Positions 1 to 10,600 of a stretch of 64,000 nt of DNA are shown in pieces. The DNA is from Lentisphaeria bacterium (GTDB taxonomy: Bacteria > Verrucomicrobiota > Lentisphaeria > JABSQK01 > JAWLHB01), in the NCBI GenBank assembly GCA_041690595.1, contig JAWLHB010000012.1:100785-164784 (forward strand), in the 5' to 3' direction. The position numbers and the translations under genes were made by a program. The notes under the pieces are model-generated. The model searched no databases. It saw only the letters and a list, made by a program, of their open reading frames with translations, and was not told where the DNA came from. How positions within the stretch are numbered: position 1 is the first letter of the stretch; each line of letters starts with the position of its first letter.

Positions 1-267
1 GCGCATCAAGGTTACCTTCTGGCTGCCGCCATGCAGCGGCCAGATACGGATGACGAATTTGTGCTCCGGGTTGAGCGCCAGGATGCGGTTGCAGCGATCC
101 ACCGTCGTCTGGTTGGCCGAGACACCCCCAAAATTGATCAGCGACCAATCCCAGCGCGCCACATCGAGGTCGCTGGAGCCCCCATAGCTGCCCCAGCCCC
201 ACTGCCAGTACTCCGCCCCGCCGGCCACGCAGGTCACCGTCAGCAGGAGGATGATCAGCCTTCTCAT
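1..267 (-). CDS. Secreted hypothetical protein, 5' part only (runs off the left edge); paralog of 1727..3994
   Basis: Not in the ORF track. Hand translation from ATG 267 gives MRRLIILLLTVTCVAGGAEYWQWGWGSYGGSSDLDVARWDWSLINFGGVSANQTTVDRCNRILALNPEHKFVIRIWP, closely matching the N-terminus of 1727..3994. ATGA overlap with the stop of the upstream gene. Confidence 0.85.
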   Translation of the reverse strand, partial: MRRLIILLLTVTCVAGGAEYWQWGWGSYGGSSDLDVARWDWSLINFGGVSANQTTVDRCNRILALNPEHKFVIRIWPLHGGSQKVTLMR

Positions 268-1712
268 GTCGCTTCTCCAATAAAAAGATCATCGAAAGAA
301 GCCAGACCGTCGCCGGTCACCTCCAGCCATACCTCGAGGTACGGATAATCCGTTGTCGTCACTTCGACATGCAGTTCTTCCCAATTATCGCAGCGCCGTG
401 GCTCGGTGGCCTGCTGCACCGAAATCTCGTAGAAATTGCCCCAGATATTGGCCACTCGCAGGACGGCGCGGGCGCGTCCCGTGGTGCGAACCCAGGCGCT
501 GAACCGATAGCGGCGGGACGGCGCGACGTGAAAGGCCTGCCCCACGGCCAGCCAGGCCACACGCTGCTCCGACAGTCCCTGGAGTTGCAGGCAACCGCTC
601 CCGCCCCGGCCTTCATCGCGAGACCATGCAGCGAGTTTCCCGCAGCGTTCCCGGTAGCGCCATTCATAGCCCGGCTCGCCGCCGGCAGGACTGATCTCGA
701 CCACCCGGTCGTGGTTCGGCACGAAGACCATGCAGGCGTACGGCAGCCGCGGATCCAGCGCCTCATCCATGGTGCTTGTCCGGTTCCAGTGCAGTGCCGG
801 CACTGCCTTTTCCAGCTCCACCTCGTCGATCGGAATGGGCGACGCTTCATCGAGAAGCGGCCGCATCGCCGCCGCCGGGAGATTGATCAATTCGACATGC
901 GCCCGCTGCACGGCTCTGCCGCCCTCCCAGGATTCCAGACCCGGCGCGGTAAAGGAGAGGTGTTCGTCGTGCCACATATCGCAGGTTGCCGAGAGCAGCG
1001 GAACATTCGCCTCATGGAAAAGCACGACTGGATTGGCGTCGTCCTCCACACCAAAGCCCAGAAAGCCGCGGCGGGCGAGATGCTTCAGAAGTTGTCCACC
1101 TTTGCGGATGCCGAAGGAATGACAGGGGTTCTGCGCCATCTTCCACAGCCTGCCGTCATGCCCCTCCCAGATCGTGTACTGATACCGTTTCCCGGAAGGA
1201 ATGCCGTCCCCCAGCCCCTGCACATAGACATTGCAGAACTCCCGTCGCGCCGGCGGTTCGGGCTCCGCAAGCTCCACCTTCAGGTCGTAGCTGTAGGCTT
1301 CCCGTTCTGAACGATATCCGACGGTCAGGAGACTCTCGGCCCCAGCCCCATCCGGATGCGTCTGCACCACCTGCAGCTGAATCTCGTGCGGTGCAACCCG
1401 CCAATCCAGCATGACGATCTTCTTCCTGCGCGAAAAGATGCTGCCGATGCCGGTCATCATGCTCAGGTGCATGAAGATGCGTGTGCCCATGTCGTAACAC
1501 GGATGCGCCTTCGCCTCTCGCCCCAAGTTCTGAAAGGGCGAGAACTCGAAGGGATCGAAGGCCAGGCTCTCCCGGTGGAGAAAGGCGATGCGCCGTCCAC
1601 CGTCGGAGAACCACCATCCTTCCGGCGCTTCCTCCAGCGCGAAGGCGGGCGCATGCTCCCGCGGCTCCTCCAGAAGCAGGGCCTGCACCATACGATCGGT
1701 CGTGCCACTCAC
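264..1712 (-). CDS. Hypothetical protein with probable C-terminal carbohydrate-binding (CBM4/9-like) domain
   Basis: GTG start at 1712 after GGAGG. C-terminal VAPSRRYRFSAWVRT...WEEL...ASFDDL pattern is typical of galactose-binding-like CBM folds. Confidence 0.6.
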   Translation of the reverse strand: MSGTTDRMVQALLLEEPREHAPAFALEEAPEGWWFSDGGRRIAFLHRESLAFDPFEFSPFQNLGREAKAHPCYDMGTRIFMHLSMMTGIGSIFSRRKKIVMLDWRVAPHEIQLQVVQTHPDGAGAESLLTVGYRSEREAYSYDLKVELAEPEPPARREFCNVYVQGLGDGIPSGKRYQYTIWEGHDGRLWKMAQNPCHSFGIRKGGQLLKHLARRGFLGFGVEDDANPVVLFHEANVPLLSATCDMWHDEHLSFTAPGLESWEGGRAVQRAHVELINLPAAAMRPLLDEASPIPIDEVELEKAVPALHWNRTSTMDEALDPRLPYACMVFVPNHDRVVEISPAGGEPGYEWRYRERCGKLAAWSRDEGRGGSGCLQLQGLSEQRVAWLAVGQAFHVAPSRRYRFSAWVRTTGRARAVLRVANIWGNFYEISVQQATEPRRCDNWEELHVEVTTTDYPYLEVWLEVTGDGLASFDDLFIGEAT

Positions 1713-1726
1713 GTCACACCTCCCGG

Positions 1727-3994
1727 TTAGAAATCGTCGCCGCCCTGCCGTTCCTTCAGGGCGATGGCCTGGCGGTCGGCAGGCTGGAAAAACCGCAGCT
1801 GCAGCTTGGCCCGGCCGAAGCGATCCGGATCGGAGCGATCGTGGTAGCTCCACTCGGTGAAGGGGCGGGCCAACGCCGGAAGTTCGCCTTCCAGCTTGTC
1901 TGTCACGTCAAGCCCCTCCGGTGGGAGATCCGCCAGCTTCATATCGAAGCTCTTCAGATGAATCGCCCCCTGTTTGTTGTGGCGGTAGACGCGTACAATC
2001 GCCGTCATGTCGTCTCCCTCCGGCGAGGTCACCAATCCCTCGAGGCTCGTCACCTCGCTTTTGAGCTGGTTGTAGAAACAGGATTGGCTGTGCTCCACCG
2101 GCTTGCGGTTCTGCGTACCGGTGAAGAAGACGATGGCGTGGAAGATGCTTTCGCCGCTGGTCTTGCCGGTGAAGGTAAGGGTATAGTTGGCCCCCGGCCG
2201 CACCTGCAGGCGCGGCGAAGAAAAGACCAGGTAGCCATCATCGAAGGTGGCAAATTCCTGATCGCCCCGCGCCGTCGAGAGCGTACGCAGCGCCTCGTCC
2301 ACCAGTGGCCTGGCGAAAAGGCGGGCCTGATAGCCCGGTCCGATTACCAGCCGCGAATCTGTCCGCAGCTTGTCCCGCCAGAGGATGCGCTTGTCTTGCA
2401 TGCGCAGCTCGGGAAAGAGGATGTCCATGTGGAGCGGCGTCAGTTCAACCGCGGGATCGAAGGCCGGAAGCTGATAGCCAGGCTCCACCCAGGTATCGCC
2501 ATCGCGGACAATCTCCTGCTGGCGCATGCTCGGCACTGCCGCCAGCAGCTCCGTCGATGCAGTCTGAACGCGGGCGCCGTCAGCCGTTTCGGCCGTCAGG
2601 GTGAAGGCCTGGCCGTTCGGAATGGTGCCATCGCCCGTCACGCGCACCCACCAGTCACCGGCTTTGGCATGGAGGGGAGGGATGTCGCCAAGGGGCAGCG
2701 TAGCCGGCGGACTGTTCGTCAGGGGAAGCTCGAAGCCGTCCGGAAGCTGCAGGGTGACCCGCACCCCCTTCATCCGCGCCAGCTCCTCGTCACCGCCAAA
2801 CCAACTGGCGTCGCCAGGGTTGATCACCTGGCCGTAGACGTGGATGAAGTCGCCGGGTCCTTTGTTGGTGGCATTGTAGTCGAGGGCAATCTGTGGTTGC
2901 AGATGGCGTTTGACGATGTCATTGCCGATCTGCCGTTCCCAGGCAAAGCGCCGCGAGAGATCCGCGGTGCTCCAGAAGTAGCTGCCGTCCAGGTAAGGCA
3001 GCTCGTTCCAGGCTCTGGTGCCGGCGGTGGCGGAGCTGTACAGGAAGGTCCCCAGATTGCGGGGATCTTTCCAGAGGGCCATCTCCACCGTCTCGTCAAA
3101 CTCGCTGAGCCGCATGCCGGCTGGCGTCGACAACTGGCTGAACATCAGGCAATCGAGCTTCTCGACCATCGCCTTGGTCTGCCGTTCCCACACGTAGTCG
3201 TTGTTGGGATAGCCGAAAAGGCCGTCGCAAACGCCCGGCTTGACGATCTGCTCGTAATGGATGGGGACGACACCCATGGTGAAGATATCCTCACCTTCGG
3301 CGAGCTGGTCGAGGGTGTACCAGGAGGTTGCCTGCCAGTAGATAACGGTGCGGTTGTCGCTGCTCTCCTTCATGGCGCGGTGGATGTGCTCCAGCGCGGC
3401 GGCGTAAGCCTTGCCCCACCAGAGCCGATGCTCTGCCTTCGCCATGTCGAAAGGTTCGCCCAACTCGGCAACGATTTCATCATTGAAATGGACCACGGTC
3501 CACGGCTGCGGCTTGCCGGGGCGCCAGCTTCGCCAGGGAGCCGCGGTAAAGTGGCCCGGAAGCTCCTCCAGAAAGGTCAGTCCGACGACATTTTCCGGCT
3601 TGTCCAGACCGTCGAGAACCAGACGGATCTGCTTGCGGGTGTTGTCGAGAACCTTCTCCCTCGCTTCCGGTCGGAAATAGACGTGAAGAAAGGTGGCGGC
3701 GCGCCGATTCTCATTGGAGTCGCCCGCGCTGATGATCGGCCATATGCGAATGACAAACTTGTGGTCGGGGTTGATGGCCAGGATTTCGTTGCAGCGATCC
3801 ACCGTGCGCTGATCCGCGGGCACATTGCCAAAGTTGATCAGCGACCAGTCAAAGCGGGCCACATCGAGCGCCGTCGGCCCGCCATAGGTGCCCCACCCCC
3901 ACGACCAGAAGCGATTGCCCTCATCACCATCCGCCCGCAACGAGACGACCAGCAGCACCATGCACGACACCGTAACCAGTAAACGACATCTCAT
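1727..3994 (-). CDS. Secreted 755-aa hypothetical protein, possibly glycoside-hydrolase-like barrel plus Ig/CBM-like domains
   Basis: Signal peptide, AGGAG RBS, Trp-rich N-domain with LTFLEELPG, C-terminal VRPGANYTLTFTGK CBM-like segment. Confidence 0.65.
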   Translation of the reverse strand: MRCRLLVTVSCMVLLVVSLRADGDEGNRFWSWGWGTYGGPTALDVARFDWSLINFGNVPADQRTVDRCNEILAINPDHKFVIRIWPIISAGDSNENRRAATFLHVYFRPEAREKVLDNTRKQIRLVLDGLDKPENVVGLTFLEELPGHFTAAPWRSWRPGKPQPWTVVHFNDEIVAELGEPFDMAKAEHRLWWGKAYAAALEHIHRAMKESSDNRTVIYWQATSWYTLDQLAEGEDIFTMGVVPIHYEQIVKPGVCDGLFGYPNNDYVWERQTKAMVEKLDCLMFSQLSTPAGMRLSEFDETVEMALWKDPRNLGTFLYSSATAGTRAWNELPYLDGSYFWSTADLSRRFAWERQIGNDIVKRHLQPQIALDYNATNKGPGDFIHVYGQVINPGDASWFGGDEELARMKGVRVTLQLPDGFELPLTNSPPATLPLGDIPPLHAKAGDWWVRVTGDGTIPNGQAFTLTAETADGARVQTASTELLAAVPSMRQQEIVRDGDTWVEPGYQLPAFDPAVELTPLHMDILFPELRMQDKRILWRDKLRTDSRLVIGPGYQARLFARPLVDEALRTLSTARGDQEFATFDDGYLVFSSPRLQVRPGANYTLTFTGKTSGESIFHAIVFFTGTQNRKPVEHSQSCFYNQLKSEVTSLEGLVTSPEGDDMTAIVRVYRHNKQGAIHLKSFDMKLADLPPEGLDVTDKLEGELPALARPFTEWSYHDRSDPDRFGRAKLQLRFFQPADRQAIALKERQGGDDF

Positions 3995-4143
3995 ACCTGC
4001 TCCTCCTTGTCATGAAAGCCAAAATTGCCGTAACCCAGGTTGATATAGCAACCATAGGCAAACAAAATCACCTTTGCAAGATAATTTCCCGGCATCAGCG
4101 AAATTTGGTTTCTGGGATCCTTGTGCCGGCGCGACGCGGCGTG

Positions 4144-4172
4144 TTGACAGTACGGGGGCAGGGCGATAGGTT
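4144..4172 (+). promoter_or_regulatory. Sigma70-type promoter TTGACA-N17-TAGGTT
   Basis: Perfect -35 box, 17-bp spacer, TAnnnT -10 box ending 7 nt before ATG 4180. Confidence 0.6.
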
Positions 4173-4179
4173 AACCGGC

Positions 4180-4863
4180 ATGAAAGTGCTTGCCCTCAGC
4201 AGTATCCTGTTCGTCACGCTGCTCGCCGGCGTGATGGCGGAAGAGTACACTGGCCGTTATCTCTATCGGCAAGGTGACGCCGACGATACCGGCGCTATTC
4301 TCCTCACCCTGGCGGAGGGATCGCCCCGCCCCACTATTGCCGTCGCCGTCGGCCAACGCTCGGGCGAACCATACCTCGGCGTCGTCCGCGCCGACGGCAG
4401 CATTGCCTTTAAGAATCTACCCGTCGATAAGTACGACCTGATGGTGGTGACGGAGGATACCTTTCATGAAGGCTTCACAATGATCCAGAATAGCCAGCCG
4501 GAGGTTCCCGAGGGGGACCGGGAGGCCCTGGCCCAGGAGATTGCCAAGATCGAAGGCTTCTTTGACGGCAAGACGATTCACCGGACGGCGTGGTCCGGGG
4601 AGCGTGCCTGCGTTCTCCTCCAGCAGTGGCGGATCGGGCAGGCGGTCAAACAGAGCGGAGAAGCGGTTAAGGGAACGATCCACAGCATCGACCTGATCTG
4701 GTTCGAAAAGCCGCTGAAGGGCTGGCAATTGGTCAAACGACGTCAAGTGTACCGTGAGGAGCTGGCGCGTAAGGAACCACTGGAGCACCTTCATGTGGGT
4801 GCGCTGGGGGATATACGAGTGGTGAAGAGCGAGAAATCGGTTGGTCCGGTGCCACTGAAATGA
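4180..4863 (+). CDS. Exported hypothetical protein (carboxypeptidase-regulatory/prealbumin-like N-domain)
   Basis: Signal peptide MKVLALSSILFVTLLAGVMA; DGSIAFKNLPVDKYDL motif. Confidence 0.7.
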   Translation: MKVLALSSILFVTLLAGVMAEEYTGRYLYRQGDADDTGAILLTLAEGSPRPTIAVAVGQRSGEPYLGVVRADGSIAFKNLPVDKYDLMVVTEDTFHEGFTMIQNSQPEVPEGDREALAQEIAKIEGFFDGKTIHRTAWSGERACVLLQQWRIGQAVKQSGEAVKGTIHSIDLIWFEKPLKGWQLVKRRQVYREELARKEPLEHLHVGALGDIRVVKSEKSVGPVPLK

Positions 4864-4892
4864 GCGAGACCCGCAACTACGGAGAGCTGTAA

Positions 4893-6260
4893 ATGCCAAG
4901 CGTCGTGCTGCTCAGCGGGGATACCCCCGGCAAGAGAATCGAGCTGAAAGCGGGCGAAATCTATACGCTCGGCCGCCAGGAAGACTGCGCTATCTGCGTG
5001 GACAACGTGCCCGGCGTCTCGCGCCAGCATGCCCGCTTCCGGCAGGAGGATGGCAGCTGGCTGGTGGAGGATCTCGGCAGCCAGAACGGCATCTATTTCA
5101 ACAACCAGAAGCACGAACGCAAGCAGCTCGAGGATGGCGACGTCCTCTGGTTCAGCAATTTCAGCCTGCGGTATGAAAGCGCCAACGGCAATGCTCCCGG
5201 CAATGCGGCGGACACCGCCGCTCATCCACGCCATGGCGGCGCACCGCCCGCGGAGGTCGACATCGATCCCGAGCGCGTCCGGGAAGTCGGGCGGCTGATC
5301 ACCCAGGTGGAGATGGAATTCCGCAAGGTGATCGTTGGGCAGAAACAGGTTCTGGAAGAACTGCTGGTGGCGCTGCTGTCGAACGGGCACTGCCTGATGA
5401 TCGGCTTGCCCGGTCTGGCCAAGACGTTGATGATCAAGACGTTGAGCGACATTCTGGAGCTGAGCTTCAAGCGCATCCAGTTCACGCCCGACCTGATGCC
5501 CTCGGATATTATCGGGTCGGACGTGCTGGACGTGGATGAAGACACGGGACGGAAGTCCTTTCGCTTCATACGCGGCCCGATCTTCACCAACATGCTCCTC
5601 GCCGACGAGATCAACCGTACGCCGCCGAAGACACAGGCCGCGCTTCTCGAAGCCATGCAGGAGCGCCAGGTGACCGCCTCGAATCATGTCTTCCCGCTCC
5701 CTCAGCCCTTCTTCGTGCTGGCCACCCAGAACCCGCTGGAACAGGAAGGCACCTATCCCCTTCCCGAAGCACAGCTCGACCGCTTCATGTTCAACATCAT
5801 TGTCGAATATCCAAGCGAGAGCGAGGAAGAAGAGATCGTGCGGCAGACCACCGGCCGCAAGCAGGTGGAGCTGAATCACGTGATCAGTGCCCAGCAGTTG
5901 ATCGACATCCAGGCCATGGTGCGCGACCTGCCCGTCAGCCCGCACGTGATCAAATACGCGACCCGCCTCGCCCGCGCCACCCGCCCCAAGGATCGGCAGG
6001 CCCCGGATTACATCCGCCAGCATGTCGCCTGCGGCGCCGGCCCGCGCGCCGCCCAATTCCTGATACTCGGCGCCAAGGCCAAGGCTGTTCTCGAGGGCAA
6101 CCTCAACGTCAACTGTGACCACGTCCGCTCCCTGGCGCTCCCCATCCTGCGCCACCGTATCTTCACGAATTTTACGGCTGACTCGGAAGGCATCACCACC
6201 GACAAACTGGTGGAGAGCCTCATTCTCAACGTTCCCGAGCCAGGCCCCGGCGACTATTGA
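4893..6260 (+). CDS. FHA domain-MoxR family AAA+ ATPase fusion
   Basis: FHA: LGR...VSRQHA...DLGSQNG. MoxR: GLPGLAKT, RIQFTPDLMPSD, LLADEINR, ATQNPLEQEGTYPLPEAQLDRF. Confidence 0.92.
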   Translation: MPSVVLLSGDTPGKRIELKAGEIYTLGRQEDCAICVDNVPGVSRQHARFRQEDGSWLVEDLGSQNGIYFNNQKHERKQLEDGDVLWFSNFSLRYESANGNAPGNAADTAAHPRHGGAPPAEVDIDPERVREVGRLITQVEMEFRKVIVGQKQVLEELLVALLSNGHCLMIGLPGLAKTLMIKTLSDILELSFKRIQFTPDLMPSDIIGSDVLDVDEDTGRKSFRFIRGPIFTNMLLADEINRTPPKTQAALLEAMQERQVTASNHVFPLPQPFFVLATQNPLEQEGTYPLPEAQLDRFMFNIIVEYPSESEEEEIVRQTTGRKQVELNHVISAQQLIDIQAMVRDLPVSPHVIKYATRLARATRPKDRQAPDYIRQHVACGAGPRAAQFLILGAKAKAVLEGNLNVNCDHVRSLALPILRHRIFTNFTADSEGITTDKLVESLILNVPEPGPGDY

Positions 6261-6288
6261 CCCCAAGCTATCACAAGGACTCTTCGGC

Positions 6289-7653
6289 ATGACCCTGACT
6301 GCCAATGCGCAAGACCGATTGAATGATTTCGACGCCAATCACCGCCGCCAGGCGATGGAAGACTTGGCGCCACGGACCGATGAAGAGGCGACGCCGCGAC
6401 AGCCGCTGCATGTCAACATGCACTGCCACACCTTCTTCTCCTACAACGGCTATGGCGCCTCCCCCAGCGCGATTGCATGGAAAGCTCGCCAGGACGGCTG
6501 GTATGCCGCTGGAATCTGCGATTTCGATGTCCTCGACGCGATGGACGAATTTCTGACGGCCTGCGATACTTTCGGTGTTCGGGGCACCGCCAACCTGGAG
6601 ACGCGGGTCTTCTTCAAAGAGTATGCCGACGTCTGGATCAATTCCCCGGGGGAGCCCGGCGTTTACTACTTCATGGGTGCCGGCTTCGTCACACCGCCCA
6701 AGCCCGGAACGTCGGCGGCGGCCCAGCTTCAGGCGATGCGCGACGGTGCCGACAGCCGCAATCGTGAAGTCATCGAGCGGGTCAATGGCTATCTTGCGCC
6801 GCTGGCGATCGACTATGCCACGGAAGTCCTGCCGCTGACGCCGAACGGCAACGCGACCGAACGTCACATCGTCAGCGCCTACTACGACAAGTCCCGGACA
6901 GAGTATCCTGAAGAATCGGCTTGGTGCGCCTTCTGGAGCGCCAAGCTGGGGGTCGATGCGGCCGCCGCGCTTCACCTGCTGAAGCACCCGATGGACTTCA
7001 GCGACAAGGCGCGCGGCAAGCTCATGAAGGCCGGCGGCCCCGGTTATGTCGAGCCCACCCCATCCTCTTTCCCTGCCCTCGACGAGGTCATCGCCATGAT
7101 CCGCGACTGTCAGGCCATCCCCACAGCAACCTGGCTCGACGGAACCAGTCCCGGCGAGGAAGATCTGGAGGGGCAGCTCGACATCCTCATGGCCAAAGGC
7201 ATCGCCGCCATCAACATCATTCCCGATCGCAACTGGAATCTCAAGCCGGGCGACGAGCGTGACCTCAAGATCCGCAAGTTCCACGAGTGCGTAGCCATTG
7301 CGGACCGCCGGCAGTTGCCGGTCAACGTGGGCACCGAACTGAACAAGTATGGGCAACCGTGGGTCGACGACTTCACGGCAGCGCCCATGCGTGCGGTTGC
7401 CGCCAGTTGCATTCGTGGCGCGCGCATCATGGTCGGTCACACACGCCTCCTCCGCTATGCCGACTTCTCCTACATCAGCGACGCCGCCGCGACGGAATAC
7501 TCGGACACAGGTGCTCGAAACGACTTCTTTGAAGCCGTCGGAGCCTTGCCGGTGCCCGGGCTGAAGCTGCGCCGGAAGCTGGCCGAGCAGACCGCCGGCG
7601 AGAATCTGGCGCTCCTGCATGATGCCGCCCGGCAAGGCGTCTGGCCGGCATAG
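6289..7653 (+). CDS. PHP-domain metallo-hydrolase
   Basis: NMHCHTFFS (HxH), GICDFD and TERH motifs. Confidence 0.75.
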   Translation: MTLTANAQDRLNDFDANHRRQAMEDLAPRTDEEATPRQPLHVNMHCHTFFSYNGYGASPSAIAWKARQDGWYAAGICDFDVLDAMDEFLTACDTFGVRGTANLETRVFFKEYADVWINSPGEPGVYYFMGAGFVTPPKPGTSAAAQLQAMRDGADSRNREVIERVNGYLAPLAIDYATEVLPLTPNGNATERHIVSAYYDKSRTEYPEESAWCAFWSAKLGVDAAAALHLLKHPMDFSDKARGKLMKAGGPGYVEPTPSSFPALDEVIAMIRDCQAIPTATWLDGTSPGEEDLEGQLDILMAKGIAAINIIPDRNWNLKPGDERDLKIRKFHECVAIADRRQLPVNVGTELNKYGQPWVDDFTAAPMRAVAASCIRGARIMVGHTRLLRYADFSYISDAAATEYSDTGARNDFFEAVGALPVPGLKLRRKLAEQTAGENLALLHDAARQGVWPA

Positions 7654-7667
7654 TCGCGCGACGCCGA

Positions 7668-10600
7668 TTAGCCCTTCTGAGATGGTGGCGGAGCATTCTT
7701 CAGGGCGCTCCAGAATTCACCGTTGGGCAACGCGTAGGGTCGAAACTTCTCGAATCGGCCACGGTTTTCATCGGCAAGAAGTGCCAGGTGAAGACCGAGC
7801 TTGGCCGCTTCGGGCTGGTCGATCAGCGAGGTGGAGTCAGTGACGCTCATCTGGAAGAGGACCTTGTAGGCAAAGGCATTCTGGGCGCGGCGACTGAGGG
7901 TGCGGGTGAGGTTGGCCGTGGAATCGCACCAAACAACCAGATGCAGCCCCAGTTCCGCGCCTTCGTTGATAAGCCGGTCGAGCAGCTTGTCGGGCGCTGG
8001 AGGTTTGTCCGAATCGCCGCTATAGCCGAAATCGTCTTCATAGCGGAACTGCCGGAAACGCTGCAGGCCGAAGATCACCAGGACGGCAGGTGGCTGATGC
8101 ACACGCTCCGCCTCGCGGGTGGTCAGCATCTCGCTGAGGCTCTTCAGTGTCTCGTCCACGTCACGATAGGCAACAACCTCCAGCGGCAGCTCGATCTTCT
8201 CGGCGACCTCCTTCAAACTCTCGGCTTGGGGCGCATCCGCGGGCGAGCCATCGATGAGCAGTACGCGAGGCAAGGGGTCACGATGAGCGGCCAGGCTGAC
8301 AAGAATGCCGGCCGTCAGCGATCGGGCTTCGGCGAGGCTCTGGCCGACCACGAGCAGGTGCTGGGCGGTCTGTGGTTCAAGGTCGGCGTGGACGGGTCCC
8401 TTGATGGTGTTGGGCGCCCCCAGCCACAGGCGCAGCGTCTCGCCCGTACGCGGCGTCTCGCCCCGCAACGACGCCATCAGCTTGCTGTTCTCGACGAGAT
8501 GCGCCGGGGCATTGCCCTCGAAGACGATAGGTGGCCGCGACACGTCGATCTTCTGCTCCCTGGCATGGTCCGCGACGCGGTGAAGATAGTCGTCGCGCTC
8601 CTGATCGGACAACCAGGCGACCTGAAAGGGGCTGTTTCCTTCGACCATGCCGGCGGCATCGTTGTAGATGGCTTCGCCGGGACGGTTGAGGAGGCGGGCC
8701 GCGGCATTGTCGTCACTGAGAATGAGATAGGAATCGGCCTCTGAGCATTGAAGCGCTATGCGAACGGTCATCTGGCCCATGGTGGTGCGGGCCAGGGAAT
8801 AGGCGCCACCGAGAGTCTGCGAGCCGAGGATGACGTGAATGCCGAAAGCGCGCCCCTGCCGGACAATGCGGTCAAGGAGCAGCGCCGACTCCTGGGAGAT
8901 GCGGTCATCCTCGGTGAACAGCTCCTGGAACTCATCCACGATGAGCAGGACGCGCGGCATGGGGTGATCGGGCGCCTGTTGGCGATAGGCAGAGAGATTC
9001 TGCACCTCGAGTTCACGGAAGCGCTCACCTCGCTTCTTCAGTTCCTCGTCGAGCCGGTGGAGGATCGAGAGTCCGAAATCGCGGTCCGACTCGATCGCGA
9101 CGGCGCGAACGTGCGGCAGGAGGCCACGGGCATAGATTTTGAATTCCACCCCCTTCTTGAAGTCGACCAGGTAGAATTCGACCTCATCGGGGCTGTACCA
9201 TAGGCTGAGGCTGGTGATGATCACGTGAAAGAGGGTCGACTTGCCGGAACCGGTCTTGCCCGCGATGATGGCGTGCTGAGAGGTGCCATAGCCAATGGCC
9301 ATCTCCTGGCGCTTGTTGGCGCCGGACTTGCCGATCGGGATGTCGAGGCCATCGGCCGAGCTGCGCGACCAGGTTTCTTCGGGCAGAGGCGCCACTGTTT
9401 TGTAGGAGACCTCCACGCGCAGGGCTTCTTCCACACATTCGCCCACCCGCTGCAGGATGGTGGTGAAAAGCTCCCGATCGGGCGGCTCTTCGGCAACCAG
9501 AGGGAGCGGCTCGAGAACATGATGGCGCCATTTGAGCTCGTCGTGCTCCAAGCTCAGGCAGACGGCGTTGCGCCGCAGTTGCACCATGTCGAAGCCCTTG
9601 GGCGTCGGTTCCCGGCGATCCTTGTGCAGGAGGACAAAGACGCCGCACCGCGCTCCGCTGCTGACGATGCTCGAGAGCCGTTGCGCCGCGCTTTCCGTGA
9701 AGTTGGCGGGAAAGTCGCAGATGACCACGAAGCGATACCGCTCGGCCAGTTCACCGGCCGACTCATTGTACTCGGCAATCGACTCGTATTCGTTGCGCAG
9801 GTACTTCTGGATGACCTTCTCCATGTGCTCGTTGATGTCCGCCAACTGCTGTTCGATATGGCGCGATTCCGTCCAGATGCGGCGTCCCACGAAGGACTCG
9901 TCGTAGTCGGCCAGGTGCATGAAGGCGGCAAAGCTCTGTCCGAGGCCAATGGGATCGATGATGGTGAAGCTGATGCGCCCCGGCGAGGAGTTGACGAGGA
10001 GGCGCAGCATGATCTGCTGGATGACGGCGATGGCGGGTTCGCGGGCGGTGCCGGCGGATTCGATGAGCAGGGAGCTGTCGGCCGGCACATCGAAGGTGGC
10101 AGGCAGATCATAGGTATAGGAACCGGGCAGCGGCAGCAGCTCGGGATTGGGGGAGCGGCCGGCAAAGGTGGGCAGATCGATGGGTAATCTGCCGAACGAG
10201 GCGGCGGGGGCGGCCTGTTGCGGCGGTCGCCAGGCGGCCCAGTCGATCGTGTCGAGAGGCGGAAACAACTCCCGGGCGGCGATTTCCAGATGGGCAAGCT
10301 CGTCGACCAGGGGTTTTGTCTTGGTCTGCCAATCGTTCACCAGCGTTTCCCAGGCACGATCGAGATCCTCCCGCTCCTTCTGGAGCTTGACGGCATGCTC
10401 GCGCTGCAGTGCCTCCTGTTCTTCCGGTTGGCGCTCGTGCAGTTCGGCGAGCTGTTCGACCGCCCGATCGCGTGCCCTGGCGAGAGCGGTTTCGCGGGCG
10501 CGGTCCAAGTGTGCTCGCGCCACGTCCAAGCGCCCATTGATCTCCTCCACCCGCTCGCGATGGCGTACCACGGCCTCTTCGACCTTGCCGTCATGCTCGA

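Noticed and set aside
1481..3982. Long antisense ORFs (also 50750..53308, 34754..36760, 16764..18593, 45358..47166)
   Set aside because: Shadow frames opposite well-supported genes, as expected in high-GC DNA.
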